Below, piece after piece: positions 1-14,567 of a stretch of DNA of 64,000 nt. The position numbers were made by a program, and so were the translations under genes. Source of the DNA: an uncultured delta proteobacterium (GTDB lineage Bacteria > Desulfobacterota > Binatia > JACPRU01). Position 1 is the first letter of the stretch, and every line of letters starts with the position of its first letter. The notes under the pieces are model-generated. The model was given only the letters and a program-made list of their open reading frames with translations, did no database searches and was not told where the DNA came from. The DNA lies in assembly GCA_963745025.1 (NCBI GenBank), contig CAVUWD010000016.1, positions 800,001 to 864,000 of the forward strand, in the 5' to 3' direction.

Positions 1-67
1 CCACCGCCTGGCGGTCACCTCCGGGCCCGATGCCGTCTCCGGGAAGGACGAGGATGTTCGGTTTCAT
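1..67 (-). CDS. leuB: 3-isopropylmalate dehydrogenase, N-terminus (runs off window)
   Basis: Manual translation MKPNILVLPGDGIGP.. (LeuB/IDH N-terminal motif); lies downstream of leuA. Confidence 0.8.
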   Translation of the reverse strand, partial: MKPNILVLPGDGIGPGGDRQAV

Positions 68-175
68 GATCGCAGACTGGGCTACCGGATACCGGATACC
101 GGTACCGGCTTCCGCAAGAGAGTTCACGGCGTCTTTGCGGTAGCCGGTAGTCGGAAGCCGGTAGCCTTCCTGTCC

Positions 176-1757
<1,582 letters not shown>

Positions 1758-1803
1758 GGTCTCTCTCCTCTTCTCGTCGTTGATGGCGGCTGTTCCTCGA
1801 AAC

Positions 1804-1837
1804 AAAAAAGCTACGGGGGAGAGCCGCCCGTAGCTTT
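1804..1837 (-). terminator. intrinsic terminator of the leu attenuator
   Basis: 11-bp stem AAAGCTACGGG/CCCGTAGCTTT with a T-run on the minus strand, ~50 bp upstream of leuA. Confidence 0.85.
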
Positions 1838-1885
1838 CGCCTCACCGGTCACGGGCGGGTTCTCCGCCCATGACGTCCTTCCGGC

Positions 1886-1981
1886 TTATCCGCTGACAGC
1901 GCGGTCGGACGCGACGGGCGGGAGGCTAAGCAGCCCTCCGAGCCCGAGAAGCAGCAATCCGATCGCCTTTCCGGTCCGCAT
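1886..1981 (-). promoter_or_regulatory. leucine-rich leader peptide (leuL-type attenuator), 31 aa
   Basis: MRTGKAIGLLLLGLGGLLSLPPVASDRAVSG* has 8 Leu, 4 of them in tandem; it precedes the terminator and leuA. Confidence 0.8.
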
Positions 1982-2016
1982 TTCGCATCCAGCATTACTG
2001 GCCTATGCGCGGCTTG

Positions 2017-2833
2017 TCAAGGAGAGGCGGCTCCGCTGCGGTTTACCAAGCTCGTGGGCCCGCGATTCACGCGGCGCAGACGCCGTGCGCGCCGCACGAG
2101 CCACCAAACGGGCCCGGAGACGAGGTACAAGGAGATCGAGGAGAAGAGCGCGAGCTGGGGCTCGGCGATCACCAGCTTGAACGCGACGATGATGGCGATC
2201 AGCAGCCAGAACGGCTGCCGGTTGTGCCAGTGGACGTCCTTGAAGCTGTAGTACGGAACCTCGCTCACCATCAGGCCCGCGAGCGAATAGATCAGCAGCA
2301 GCAGGATGATGTGCTTGTGCGTCGCGCCCTCGCCGCCGAAGAAGTAGTAGAGCAGCACGGTCGCAACGATCATGTCCGCCGCGGCGGGGATCGGCAGGCC
2401 GACGAAGGCCCGCTTCTCGACCGACTCGACCTGAACGTTGAACCGGGCCAGACGCAGCGCTCCGCAGGTCACGTAGAGCGAGGCGGCGAGCCAACCCCAC
2501 GTTGCCCATGGCTCGAGCGCCCACTTGTAGACCAGGATTCCCGGAGCGACACCGAACGCGACGAGATCGGAGAGCGAATCGTATTCGACGCCGAAGCGGC
2601 TGGCGGTTCGCGTCAGCCGCGCGATCCGGCCGTCGAGGCCATCGAACAGCGTGCGCGACGAGGATCATCACCGCGGCGAGCTCGTAGCGGTCGGCGAAAG
2701 TCGAGATCATCGAGTAGAATCCCGCGAAGAGCCCGCCGGTGGTGACCAGATTCGGCAGCAGGTAGACGCCGCGGCGAAGCGGGCTGTCGTACCCGCCGCG
2801 TCCGCCAAGCACGTGCAGCGGTTCTCTCGTCAT
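2017..2833 (-). CDS. pssA: CDP-diacylglycerol--serine O-phosphatidyltransferase (one frameshift)
   Basis: RRGVYLLPNLVT, CGALRLARFNVQ, FVGLPIPAAA; adjacent to psd. Confidence 0.9.
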
Positions 2834-3467
2834 ACGAGATACTCCGCGAGGATCCCCGAGCCCGCTCGCACCCGCTCTCCGACGCGAACGCAGATCCGCG
2901 CCGAACGCGAAACGTAGACGTCGACCCGCGAACCGAACATGATCAAGCCGAAGCGAGCACCCCGCTCCACCCGTTGCCCCGGACGCAGGCGGCAGATGAT
3001 GCGCCGCGCGAGCAAGCCAGCGATCTGAACGAGCACGAGCACTCGTCCGCGTTCATCGCGCAGCACCACCTCGTTGCGCTCGTTCTCGATCGAAGAACGC
3101 TCGTTGTGAACGCCGCGAGGAACCGCCCGGGGGTATGCCTCACCGACAGCACCTCGCCGGCAACGGGCGCACGGTTCACGTGCACGTTGAGCGGCGACAT
3201 GAAGATGCCGACGCGCTGAAACGCCTCGCCGGGAAGCGTCTCGGCATGAGCCTCAGCGTCGACGGCGACGACGCGGCCGTCGGCCGGCGACAAGACGCGA
3301 TCTTCGCCGATCGGAATGTCGCGCTCGGGATCGCGAAAGAACGCGGCAACCGCGAGCGTGAGAATGAGCATGCAGAACCCGACCCACCAGAAGCCGAGCA
3401 GGTTGGCGACGAACGTCGCCAACCCGAGCGGAATCACGAAGGGCAGGCCTTCCCGGGCGAATTTCAT
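2830..3467 (-). CDS. psd: phosphatidylserine decarboxylase proenzyme (frameshifted)
   Basis: FFRDPER, SPADG, IFMSPLNVHVNRAP, GLIMFGSRVDVY. Confidence 0.9.
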
Positions 3468-3535
3468 GGGCAAGAGCTACGGGCTACGGGCTTCGCGAAG
3501 CGACCGCGAAGGCTTTGCCTGTAGCCCGTAGCCCA

Positions 3536-4555
<1,020 letters not shown>

Positions 4556-4559
<4 letters not shown>

Positions 4560-5091
4560 GCCACCTTCTCTTTCGCCGGACGGGCCCCGTGCTCCGCCGG
4601 TCTCGGTTCCCGCGCACCATCGCCACACGACCCGTGCGCGCGATCTCCAGGATGCCGATCGGCTGTCAGCAGCTCGATCATCGCCGTCGATCTTCTCCTC
4701 GGCGCCGGTGACCTCGATGATGTACGACTTCGACGCGACGTCGATGATCTTCGCGCGGAAGATGTCGACGATGTTCATCACCTCGCCGCGCGTCCGCTCG
4801 TCCGCCGTCACCTTGATGAGCACGAGCTCGCGCTCGACGTGCGCCGCGCCCTTGAAGTCGATGACCTTGATGACGTGGACGAGCTTGTTGAGCTGCTTGG
4901 TGATCTGCTCGAGGACCTGATCGTCGCCGCGGGTGACGAGCGTGATGCGCGACACCGTCGGATCGAGCGGTTCGGCGACGCGACAGGCTCTCGATGTTGA
5001 AGCCGCGGCCGCTGAACAGCCCGGCGACACGGGCCAGCACGCCGAACTCGTTCTCGACGAGAACGGAAAGTGTATGCTGCTGTTTTGTCAA
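4556..5091 (-). CDS. ilvN: acetolactate synthase small (regulatory) subunit (frameshifted)
   Basis: [47 protein letters not shown]. Confidence 0.92.
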
Positions 5092-5109
5092 CCCTGGTCC
5101 GGAAGTCCT

Positions 5110-5364
5110 CTAGCGCGAAGCCGCCTGCACGGTCTTGACGACCTCACCTCGATGGGCGGCGAGGATCGCCATCATGCGATCCTTGCCAACGAGCTTGACC
5201 TTCTGAATGCGCTTCTTTTCCAATTCTTCTTCCGGGGTCAGGTAGTGTTTGTGGTTGAGCTTGTCGAGCTTCTTCTTGAGATCCTGGTGCTCCGCGTAGA
5301 GGCTTCTCAGCTCGGGCAGCTGGTCGGCCAGAGAAAGAATTTCTTCTTCTTCTCTCTTTTCCAT
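5110..5364 (-). CDS. DUF465/YdcH-family small protein
   Basis: 84-aa helical ORF with EH..L..KL..L..K.YLTPEEELEKKRIQK.KL..KD pattern; usual neighbour of tsaB/ilv genes. Confidence 0.75.
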   Translation of the reverse strand: MEKREEEEILSLADQLPELRSLYAEHQDLKKKLDKLNHKHYLTPEEELEKKRIQKVKLVGKDRMMAILAAHRGEVVKTVQAASR

Positions 5365-5397
5365 GTCCCTCTTCCCTCTTTCCGCGTTGTTTTGGAT

Positions 5398-6129
5398 TTA
5401 TGACACCGCGTTTTCCATTGTCAACGAGGCGCGTTGGAGGTTCCGCTCGGCCGCGGGGGCATGCACGTAGACGGGCAGCAGCGCCTCGACGCGATCGGCT
5501 TCGCCGCGCGCGAGCCGGCGCTGTCCGAGGAGCGCAACCACCCCTCCCCGCGGGTAGATCTCGCCGAACGAGGCGACTTCGACGCCCTCGCCGCGAAGCT
5601 CGGCGAAGACTGCGGGATAGCGCTCGGGTGCGTCCCCGACGACGAGCGAGCGCCCCTCGCCGCGAAGCGCTCCGACGACGCGCTGCGCTGCCGCCTCCGG
5701 CGACAGCACCAGGTCCTCGCAGACCCGCACCAGCTCGCGGCCCGACCGCCGAAAGATCGCCACGTAGGTCTCGCCGCGCCGCGCGTCGGTGACCGTCGCG
5801 ATCGTGGCGAAGTCGGTCGGCGCCGCCGTGGCCAGCGCCTCGAGCGTGCTGATTCCGGCGACGCGAGAGCGACCCGCAAACGCGATTCCCTTGGCGAAGC
5901 CCAGGCCCACTCGCAGGCCCGTGAAGGAGCCCGGCCCGGTCGAGATGGCGACTCCGTCGACTTCTCGGAGCCTCACCCCGCTTTGCTCGAGCACGCGTGC
6001 GACCAGGTCCGGGAGCCGCGCGGCGTGTCCGCTGCTCGAACGCTCGGCGATTTCGCCGAGGATGCGTTCGTCAAGGACGACGCCAACCGTGCTCACCGCA
6101 GTCGCCGTCTCGATGCCGAGGACGATCAT
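5398..6129 (-). CDS. tsaB: tRNA threonylcarbamoyladenosine biosynthesis protein TsaB
   Basis: MIVLGIETAT, GPGSFTGLRVG, DARRGETY. Confidence 0.92.
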   Translation of the reverse strand: MIVLGIETATAVSTVGVVLDERILGEIAERSSSGHAARLPDLVARVLEQSGVRLREVDGVAISTGPGSFTGLRVGLGFAKGIAFAGRSRVAGISTLEALATAAPTDFATIATVTDARRGETYVAIFRRSGRELVRVCEDLVLSPEAAAQRVVGALRGEGRSLVVGDAPERYPAVFAELRGEGVEVASFGEIYPRGGVVALLGQRRLARGEADRVEALLPVYVHAPAAERNLQRASLTMENAVS

Positions 6130-6223
6130 AAGGACGGCTTCCGACTTCCGGCTTCCGGCTTCCGGCAAAGCCTTCTTGGCGTCTTCTGCGGTAGCCGGCA
6201 GTCGGTAGCCGGTGGACTCTTGG

Positions 6224-7309
6224 TCACCCCTGAATCCACCTGTAAATGTCGTTGTACACCGCGAACAGCATCAAGCTGACCAGCAGGAAGAGACCGACCT
6301 GCTGCGCGACCTCGCGCACGCGCGCCTGCACGGGACGCCGCATGACCGCTTCGGTGGCGAAGAAGAACAGGTGTCCGCCGTCGAGCACGGGGATCGGCAA
6401 TAGATTCAGGACGCCGAGGTTCACGCCGAGGAACGCCATGAACTCGAGCAGGCTCTTGAGCCCGCTCTGCGCGCGCTCGCCCGCGATGCGGGCGATGGTG
6501 ATCGGTCCGCCGAGCTCATGCGCCGAGATCCTGCCTTGCGCCATCTTGACGAGCGAGAGCACGATCAGCTCGGAATAGAAGTAGACCTGCTTCGCCGCGA
6601 GCCAGGGAGCCTGGATCGCCGCCACGGCCTGGGTGTCCGCGGCTCGCTCGATGCCGATGCGGTACGCCTCCCCGACGGTTTCACCGAAGATGTTGAGGGT
6701 GGCTTGCTTCTCGGGGACGACCGTCACGTCGACGACCGCATCGCCGCGCTTCACCTTCAGCGCCATCGCATTGCCCTTGCTGCCGACGGTGTGCTCGACC
6801 AACTGGTCCCAGGTCGAGATCTCCTCGTCGTTCACGGAAAGGATCCGGTCATTGGCGAGGAGGCCGGCCTTCTCCGCGGGCAAACCATGGATGAGGGCTC
6901 CGACGGCCGGAAGATTCGATGGGACGGGGATCCCGTAAAACAGGGCGACGACCACCAAGCACGCCCAAGACGAGGCGAGATTCGAGAACGGCCCGGCGAA
7001 GACGATCGCAAACCGCTTGTAGAGCGGCTGTTGGGCGAAGGATCGCGCCTGATCGGCGACGTCTTCGCTCGCTTCGCCATCGTCGTCCTCGCCGAGCATC
7101 TTTACGTAACCGCCGAGCGGGACGAGGCTGACGACATATTCGGTCTCGCCGACGCGGGTGCCGACGATCTTCGGGCCGAAGCCGAGCGAGAAGCGAAGCA
7201 CCCGCACGCCCGAGGCCTTCGCGACCAGGAAATGGCCGAGCTCGTGGACGAAGATGAGAACGCCGAGCACGAGCACGGCGGCCAGGATGTAAACTACGAA
7301 AGTGCCCAT
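6224..7309 (-). CDS. rseP: RIP metalloprotease RseP
   Basis: HELGH, PLGGYVKM, PDZ region, NLLPIPVLDGG. Confidence 0.95.
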   Translation of the reverse strand: MGTFVVYILAAVLVLGVLIFVHELGHFLVAKASGVRVLRFSLGFGPKIVGTRVGETEYVVSLVPLGGYVKMLGEDDDGEASEDVADQARSFAQQPLYKRFAIVFAGPFSNLASSWACLVVVALFYGIPVPSNLPAVGALIHGLPAEKAGLLANDRILSVNDEEISTWDQLVEHTVGSKGNAMALKVKRGDAVVDVTVVPEKQATLNIFGETVGEAYRIGIERAADTQAVAAIQAPWLAAKQVYFYSELIVLSLVKMAQGRISAHELGGPITIARIAGERAQSGLKSLLEFMAFLGVNLGVLNLLPIPVLDGGHLFFFATEAVMRRPVQARVREVAQQVGLFLLVSLMLFAVYNDIYRWIQG

Positions 7310-7355
7310 CCGTTCCGAATCCCCCCGGTGCCGTCGTTTTGCAGCCGAAAAGCTG

Positions 7356-8174
7356 CTAGCCGCCGGCGCGTACAAAGTTCACGTAATAGTAGACCAAGAC
7401 CACGGGAAACACGAGGCTGTCGGTGCGGTCGAGCACGCCACCGTGTCCGGGCAGAAGCCAACCGGAATCCTGGGCCCCGAAGGCGCGCTTCAAGAGCGAC
7501 TCGCAGAGGTCGCCGAGCTGGGCCAGGAGCCCGGTCACGAGAGAAAGCAGGAGGACCTCTCCCCACGTCAACATCGGCAGCAGGAGCACCTTGACGATTC
7601 CGCCGGCCAAGACGTTCCCGCCAACCGCCCCGGCAGACCCCTCGAGGGTTTTCTTGGGGCTGACCGAAGGTATGAGCGGATGCTTTCCGAAAGATCGCCC
7701 GACGAAGTATCCGCCCGAGTCGCCCCCCATCGCCACGGCGAGCACGAAGAGCACCCATTTGGGGCCGCTGTCGGCTGGATTGACGCGCAGCCAGATGAAA
7801 TGCGGAATGAATGCGCCCGCATAGAGCGCACCGATGAGCACGTGACCGAGGCTCGTCACGGCTCCTGCCGGGTCATCGCCGACGATCAAGCAGCTGATCA
7901 AGCCGATCGTCACCACGGCCATAAGGCCGGCCACCACCACCATCGCGCTTTCCGGCGGATTGCCGGCCATGCCGACCGCGAGCAGCGCTCCGGAGATGAT
8001 GCCCAGCCGCCGCAGCGGCGGCCGCGTCGGGAACGCCATCTGAAAGTACTCGACCAACGCGACCAACGTGAAGAGTAGGACGACGCCGCGGAAGACGACG
8101 AAGGGTGCCCAAAACACCAGCCAGAGAAGGAAAGGAATCGCGACCGCCGCGGTCGCGAGTCTCGCCGGCAGCAT
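7356..8174 (-). CDS. cdsA: phosphatidate cytidylyltransferase
   Basis: SPKKTLEG, GDLCESLLKR, DSG..LPGHGGVLDR.DS. Confidence 0.93.
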   Translation of the reverse strand: MLPARLATAAVAIPFLLWLVFWAPFVVFRGVVLLFTLVALVEYFQMAFPTRPPLRRLGIISGALLAVGMAGNPPESAMVVVAGLMAVVTIGLISCLIVGDDPAGAVTSLGHVLIGALYAGAFIPHFIWLRVNPADSGPKWVLFVLAVAMGGDSGGYFVGRSFGKHPLIPSVSPKKTLEGSAGAVGGNVLAGGIVKVLLLPMLTWGEVLLLSLVTGLLAQLGDLCESLLKRAFGAQDSGWLLPGHGGVLDRTDSLVFPVVLVYYYVNFVRAGG

Positions 8175-8214
8175 CGCGGGTTCCCCGTCTTACGTCACGC
8201 GGCCGGTCGCGTCC

Positions 8215-8976
8215 CTAACGAGCCGCACCGATCCGCTCTCGGTCGATCTGCTCGTCGGTCAGACCGAACCGCCGCTCTCGGCCTTGGTAATGCGACAGCG
8301 CCGCGACGAACTCGGCCTCGCCGAAATCGGGCCAAAGGGTCGGCGTCACGAGGAGCTCCGAGTAGGCGATCTGCCAGAGCAAGAAGTTCGACACCCGCAT
8401 TTCACCGCTGGTGCGGATCAGCAGGTCGGGGTCGGGAATCCCTGCCGTCGAGAGATGCTCCGAGACGGTGGCCTCGCAGATTTCGTCGGGCTGAAGATTG
8501 CCCCGACGCACCTCGCGCGCCATCGCTCGCATGGCACTGGCGATCTCCTCCCGACCGCCGTAGCTGACCGCGAGGACCACGGTCATGCCGGTGTTGTTGC
8601 GGGTCGCCTCGATGTTGCGGCGCAGCGCCTCCTGAACCGCCCGTGGCAGGCGCTTCAGGTTACCGATCGCCAGCAGGCGGATCTGGTTCCGCATCATCTT
8701 GCCGAGCTCCGTCGCGAGGTATCGCCGGAGCAAGCTCATCAGCCCGTCGACCTCTTCGCGCGGCCGGCTCCAGTTCTCCGTCGAGAACGCGTAGAGCGAT
8801 AGATAGGGGATGCCGAGTCGGCGGGCCGTTTCGACGACGGCGCGCACCGCTTCCTTCCCGCGACGGTGCCCCTCGATACGTGGCAGTCCGCGGCCCCGGG
8901 CCCAACGCCCATTGCCGTCCATGATGATCGCGACGTGTCGGGGGAGGCGGTTGGAGTCGAGATCGACGAGAGACAT
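8215..8976 (-). CDS. uppS: undecaprenyl diphosphate synthase
   Basis: HVAIIMDGNGRWA, YAFSTENWSRP, IRTSGEMRVSNFLLWQIAYSE. Confidence 0.96.
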   Translation of the reverse strand: MSLVDLDSNRLPRHVAIIMDGNGRWARGRGLPRIEGHRRGKEAVRAVVETARRLGIPYLSLYAFSTENWSRPREEVDGLMSLLRRYLATELGKMMRNQIRLLAIGNLKRLPRAVQEALRRNIEATRNNTGMTVVLAVSYGGREEIASAMRAMAREVRRGNLQPDEICEATVSEHLSTAGIPDPDLLIRTSGEMRVSNFLLWQIAYSELLVTPTLWPDFGEAEFVAALSHYQGRERRFGLTDEQIDRERIGAAR

Positions 8977-9049
8977 AGGTGAGATTGGCTCCAGGTCGCC
9001 GGCTACCGCAAAGCCTTCGTGACGTCTTTTCTGGAGGTCGGTAGCCGGA

Positions 9050-9611
9050 TCAAACTGACAAAACCTCCTCCTCCTTGCTCTTGAGGACCTTGTCGACGCG
9101 CTCGAGATAGTCCTTGGTGGCCGCCTCGATCTTGTCGCGTGCGCGCCGGTTGTCGTCTTCGGTCAGCTCCTTCTCTTTGAGCATCTCCTTCAGCAATTCG
9201 AGTGCGTCATGGCGATGCGCCGCGCACCGACACGCGGAAATCCTCTGCCACCTTGTGCAGATGCCGGACGATCTCCTTGCGACGCTCGTCGGTCAATTCG
9301 GGAATCGGGATCCTCAGGATCTTGCCGTCGCTCATCGGATTCAGCCCGAGGTCCGATTGCTGGATCGCCTTCTCGATCGCGATCAGGGCCGTCTTGTCAA
9401 AGGGTTGTACGACGAGGAGCCGCGGCTCGGGAGCGGAGAGTGTGGCGAGCTGGATGAGCGGCGTCTTGGCGCCGTAGTAGTCCGCGTGAATGCCTTCGAG
9501 CAGCGCCGTGGACGCGCGGCCGGTCCGCGTGCGAGCCAGCTCGCGCCGGAACGCCGCGACCGTCTTCTCCATCTCTTTCTTGAGATCGTCGAGAACTTCC
9601 TGATCCGTCAT
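9050..9611 (-). CDS. frr: ribosome recycling factor (frameshifted)
   Basis: RTGRAS, LGLNPMSDG, IPIPELTDERRKE. Confidence 0.93.
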
Positions 9612-9621
9612 GATCGCCTCA

Positions 9622-10441
<820 letters not shown>

Positions 10442-10459
10442 CGACTCACTCTAACCTGT

Positions 10460-11068
10460 TCAAGCGCTCTCGCCCAACTGGAAACGTGCGAAGCGGCGAA
10501 CATTGATGTTCTCGCCGAGCTTGGCAATCGCCTCGCTGACCACGTCCTTGACGGTCCTCTCGGGATCGCGAATGAAGGGTTGCTCGAGGAGGCAGACGTC
10601 GGAGAGAAACTTGTCGACCTTGCCATCGACGATCTTCTCGATCACCTTCTCGGGCTTCCCCGAGCTCTTCGCCTGCGCGCGATAGATCTCGCGCTCCTGC
10701 TCAACGACCTCGGCCGGGACCTCCTCGCGGCGGACGTAGCGGGGCACGCCGGCGATGCCGCGGCGACCTGCATGGCCAGTTCCTTCACCAGGTTTTGGAA
10801 GTCGGGGGTCTTGGCGACGAAGTCGGTCTCGCAGTTGACCTCGACGAGCACGCCGATCTCTGCCGCCGGCGTGGATGTACGTCCCGACCAGCCCCTCGCT
10901 CGTCGCACGGCCTGCCTTCTTGGCCGCGGCCGCCAACCCCTTCTCGCGGAGCCAGCGCACGGCCTTCTCGAGGTCTCCGCTGGCCTCGGCAAGGGCCTTC
11001 TTGCAGTCCATGAAGCCCGCGCCGGTTTTCTCGCGGAGCTCCTTGACCGCTTCGGCTCGGATCTCCAT
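10460..11068 (-). CDS. tsf: translation elongation factor Ts (internal compensating indels)
   Basis: [50 protein letters not shown]. Confidence 0.95.
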   Translation of the reverse strand: MEIRAEAVKELREKTGAGFMDCKKALAEASGDLEKAVRWLREKGLAAAAKKAGRATSEGLVGTYIHAGGRDRRARRGQLRDRLRRQDPRLPKPGEGTGHAGRRGIAGVPRYVRREEVPAEVVEQEREIYRAQAKSSGKPEKVIEKIVDGKVDKFLSDVCLLEQPFIRDPERTVKDVVSEAIAKLGENINVRRFARFQLGESA

Positions 11069-11849
11069 CAGTGCGCTTCCCCCTCCACCGTGCTCGGGGC
11101 TGGCGATGGCTCCGCAGCCTCCTCGCCCTCTTCTTCGTCCTTGCCGCGGCTGCGCTCCTCTGCGAGCGCCTTGCCTTCGAGCACCGCGTCGGCGATCGCC
11201 GCCGCAGAACAGACGGATGGCGCGGATCGCATCGTCGTTGCCCGGGATCTTCTAGTCGATGAGATCGGGATCGCAGTTGGTGTCGACCACCGCGACCACG
11301 GGGATGGCCGAGCTTGTTCGCCTCGCGCACCGCGATCTCTTCCTTCTTCGGGTCGATCACGAACATCGCATCGGGGAGCTTGCTCATGTTCTTGATGCCG
11401 CCCAGCGCCGTGAGCAGCTTGTCGCGCTCCCGACGGATGCCGAGCATCTCCTTCTTGGTGAGCGCCTCGGCCATCTTCGGATCCTCGAGCATCTCTTCGA
11501 GCTTCTTCAGCCGATCGATCGACTGCTTGATGGTCTGGAAGTTGGTGAGCATGCCGCCGAGCCAGCGGTTGTTCACGTAGAACATGCCGCAGCGCTCGGC
11601 CTCTTCGCGGATGGCGTCCTGGGCCTGCTTCTTCGTGCCGACGAACATGAGGGTCCCGCCGTCGGCCACGACGTCGCGGACGAAGGTGTAGGCGTCGCGA
11701 AAGAGCTTCACCGTCTGCTGCAGGTCGATGATGTAGATGCCGTTGCGGGCCCCGAAGATGTACGGCTTCATCTTCGGGTTCCAGCGGCTCGTCTGGTGGC
11801 CGAAGTGCACTCCGGCCTCGAGCAGCTGCTTCATGGTCACTTCGGCCAT
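11068..11849 (-). CDS. rpsB: 30S ribosomal protein S2 (frameshifted near 3' end)
   Basis: [32 protein letters not shown]. Confidence 0.97.
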
Positions 11850-11985
11850 ACGGTCTCCTCGCGGGTTTTCTGCGGAATCACCTTAATCGAAGTAAAGTAT
11901 CAGAACGATCGCGGGGTTGCAACGCGAGGATCGGCTTCAGACAGGGACTTCGCGGCTGCCTTTGCTGTAGCCAGTAGTCGGCTCG

Positions 11986-13328
11986 TCACTGGTTCATCGA
12001 GGTCAGGAACTCCTGATTGTTCTTGGTGCCTTGCATCTTGTCGAGGAGGAACTCCATGGCCTCGACCGTGTTCAGCTGCGAGAGGAGCTTGCGCAGGATC
12101 CAGACGCGGTTCAGGGACGTCCCGCGGGAGCAGCAGCTCCTCCTTGCGCGTGCCGGAACGGTTGATGTCCATGGCCGGGAAGATGCGCTTGTCCATCAGC
12201 CGGCGGTCGAGGTGGATTTCCATGTTGCCGGTGCCCTTGAACTCCTCGAAGATGACCTCGTCCATGCGGCTGCCGGTGTCGACCAGCGCCGTGCCGATGA
12301 TGGTGAGGCTGACCCGCCGTCCTCGATGTTGCGCGCCGCGCCGAAGAACTTCTTCGGCTTGCGGAGCGCGTTCGAGTCGACGCCGCCGGAGAGGATCTTG
12401 CCGCTCGGCGGCACGACGGTGTTGTAGGCGCGCGCCAGGCGCGTGATCGAGTCGAGCAGGATGACGACGTCGTTGCCGTGCTCGACCAGACGCTTGGCCT
12501 TCTCGATCACCATCTCGGCGACCTGCACGTGGCGCGTCGGCGGCTCGTCGAAGGTCGAGCTCACCACCTCGCCCTCGACCGAGCGCTGCATGTCGGTCAC
12601 CTCTTCGGGACGCTCGTCGATCAGCAGCACGATCAGGATCGACGTCCTTGTGATTGGCGGTGATGCCGTGGGCGATGTTCTGCAGCATCATCGTCTTGCC
12701 GGTGCGCGGCGCCGCCACGATCAGGCCGCGCTGGCCCTTGCCGATCGGCGTGAGCAGATCGATCATGCGCGTGGTGTACTCCTCGGGATCGTGCTCGAGA
12801 TGCAGCTGCTCGTGCGGGTAGAGCGGCGTCAGGTTGTCGAAGAGGATCTTGTCGCGCGCCTTCTCCGGCTCCTCGTAGTTGATCGCCTCGACCTTGAGCA
12901 GCGCGAAGTAGCGCTCGCCCTCCTTCGGCGGGCGGATCTGTCCGGAGACGACGTCGCCGGTGCGCAGGTTGAAGCGGCGGATCTGGCTCGGCGAGACGTA
13001 GATGTCGTCGGGACCCGGCAGGTAGTTGTAGTCGGGCGCGCGCAGGAAACCGAAGCCGTCGGGCAGGATCTCGAGCACGCCTTCGCCGTAGATGAAGCCG
13101 TTCTGCTCCGTCTGCGCCTGGAGGATGGAGAAGATCAGCTCCTGCTTCCGCAAACTCGAAGCCGCCTTCGATGTCGAACTCCTTGGCAATCGCGGCGAGC
13201 TCGTGGATCTTCTTTTCCTTGAGCAGCTTCAGGTTGAGGCCTGCACCGCCTCCCGCCGCCGGCTCTTCGATCACGTCGGGCATGGGAGTGTTCTCCTCTT
13301 GAACGTTGTTGCGACGCTGTCGGGACAT
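11986..13328 (-). CDS. rho: transcription termination factor Rho (frameshifted)
   Basis: [63 protein letters not shown]. Confidence 0.96.
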
Positions 13329-13622
13329 CAAGTCTCCTGGAATCCGGCCGGGGATTGGCCAACTCGGACGACTGAGGGTCAGAGGAGCAGGAAATCTGCG
13401 GTGACCAGCGGAGTCAGATCGTTACGTAGTGAATCCCCGGAAAGCTGTCAACTCCGCTTTTCGGCGGGTCGTGGGTGATTTGGGCGACCGACGTCATGGA
13501 GGACAGGGACGGCTGCGGCATTGTCGGAATTGTTTTTCACAGTTGGCTTACGAGCGATGGAAGCAATTCCGGTAATGCCGCAACGTCCCCCTCACCATCT
13601 GTTCAGATCCCAAAATGACCCG

Positions 13623-14567
13623 CTAGCGTTTGCCGCTGCGCAGCTCTTCGAGGAGAGAGCGCATGTCGCGCGGCAGAGGAGCCTGCAGACGAACGAGCGT
13701 GCTCGTCACCGGGTGCGGGAAGCGGATCTCCGCGGCGTGCAGCGCTTGCCGCTGGAAGCTGCGGCCCGGCCCGCTCGCGGGAAGCGCTCTCCCCTTTCGA
13801 GTGCCGTAGAGGGGATCGGCGAGCACGGGATGACCCATCGCAGCCAGATGCACGCGAATCTGATGGGTCCGACCCGTCTCGGGCTCGAGGCGAAGAAGCG
13901 ACAGCGTCCCGAACGATTCGAGCACGGTGTAGCGCGTCCGCGCAGCGCGCGGCGAGCGACTGCGGATCGACATTCGCTTACGCTCGTGTGGATGGCGGCC
14001 GATCGCCCACTCGAGGGATCCCGCTGGAGCACGCGGCACGCCAAGGGAGATCGCCAGGTAGAGTTTCTGCACGCGCCGGTCGTGAAACGCCCGCGCCAAT
14101 GCTTCCTGCGCATGCGTTGTGCGCGCGACAAGCAGAATGCCGGAGGTCTCCTTGTCGAGCCGGTGAACGATTCCAGGCCGCTCCTCGGAGAGCGTGCGGG
14201 AGACGAGCTGGCGATGCAAGAGCGCGTTCACCACCGTGCCCCGCCACGCGCCAGGCGCGGGATGCACGACCATCCCGGCCGGCTTGTCCACGGCGAGCAC
14301 GTCGTCGTCCTCGTAGAGGATCTCGAGCGGTAGGTCTTCCGGCTCGGCGCGCGCGGGCGCCTCGGCCGGCGGGCGCACTTCGAGCGCCTCGCCGCCGGCG
14401 AGCGCGAAACCCGCCTTGCGCACCTTCCCGTCCACGCGAACGTGCCCGGCGTCGATCCAGCTCTTGGCCTGCGAGCGCGTTCGTGCCGCGCCGCTCGTCA
14501 CGAGAAAGACGTCGAGGCGAGTCGGCGCGGAGAGCGTAGGAACCCGCAGCGTGACCGGCTCGCTCAG
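13623..14567 (-). CDS. rluD: RluA/RluD-family pseudouridine synthase (start approximate)
   Basis: S4-like N-terminus RLDVFL, DKPAGMVVHP, GIVHRLDKETSG, TGRTHQIRVH, RQALHA. Confidence 0.88.
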   Translation of the reverse strand: MSEPVTLRVPTLSAPTRLDVFLVTSGAARTRSQAKSWIDAGHVRVDGKVRKAGFALAGGEALEVRPPAEAPARAEPEDLPLEILYEDDDVLAVDKPAGMVVHPAPGAWRGTVVNALLHRQLVSRTLSEERPGIVHRLDKETSGILLVARTTHAQEALARAFHDRRVQKLYLAISLGVPRAPAGSLEWAIGRHPHERKRMSIRSRSPRAARTRYTVLESFGTLSLLRLEPETGRTHQIRVHLAAMGHPVLADPLYGTRKGRALPASGPGRSFQRQALHAAEIRFPHPVTSTLVRLQAPLPRDMRSLLEELRSGKR

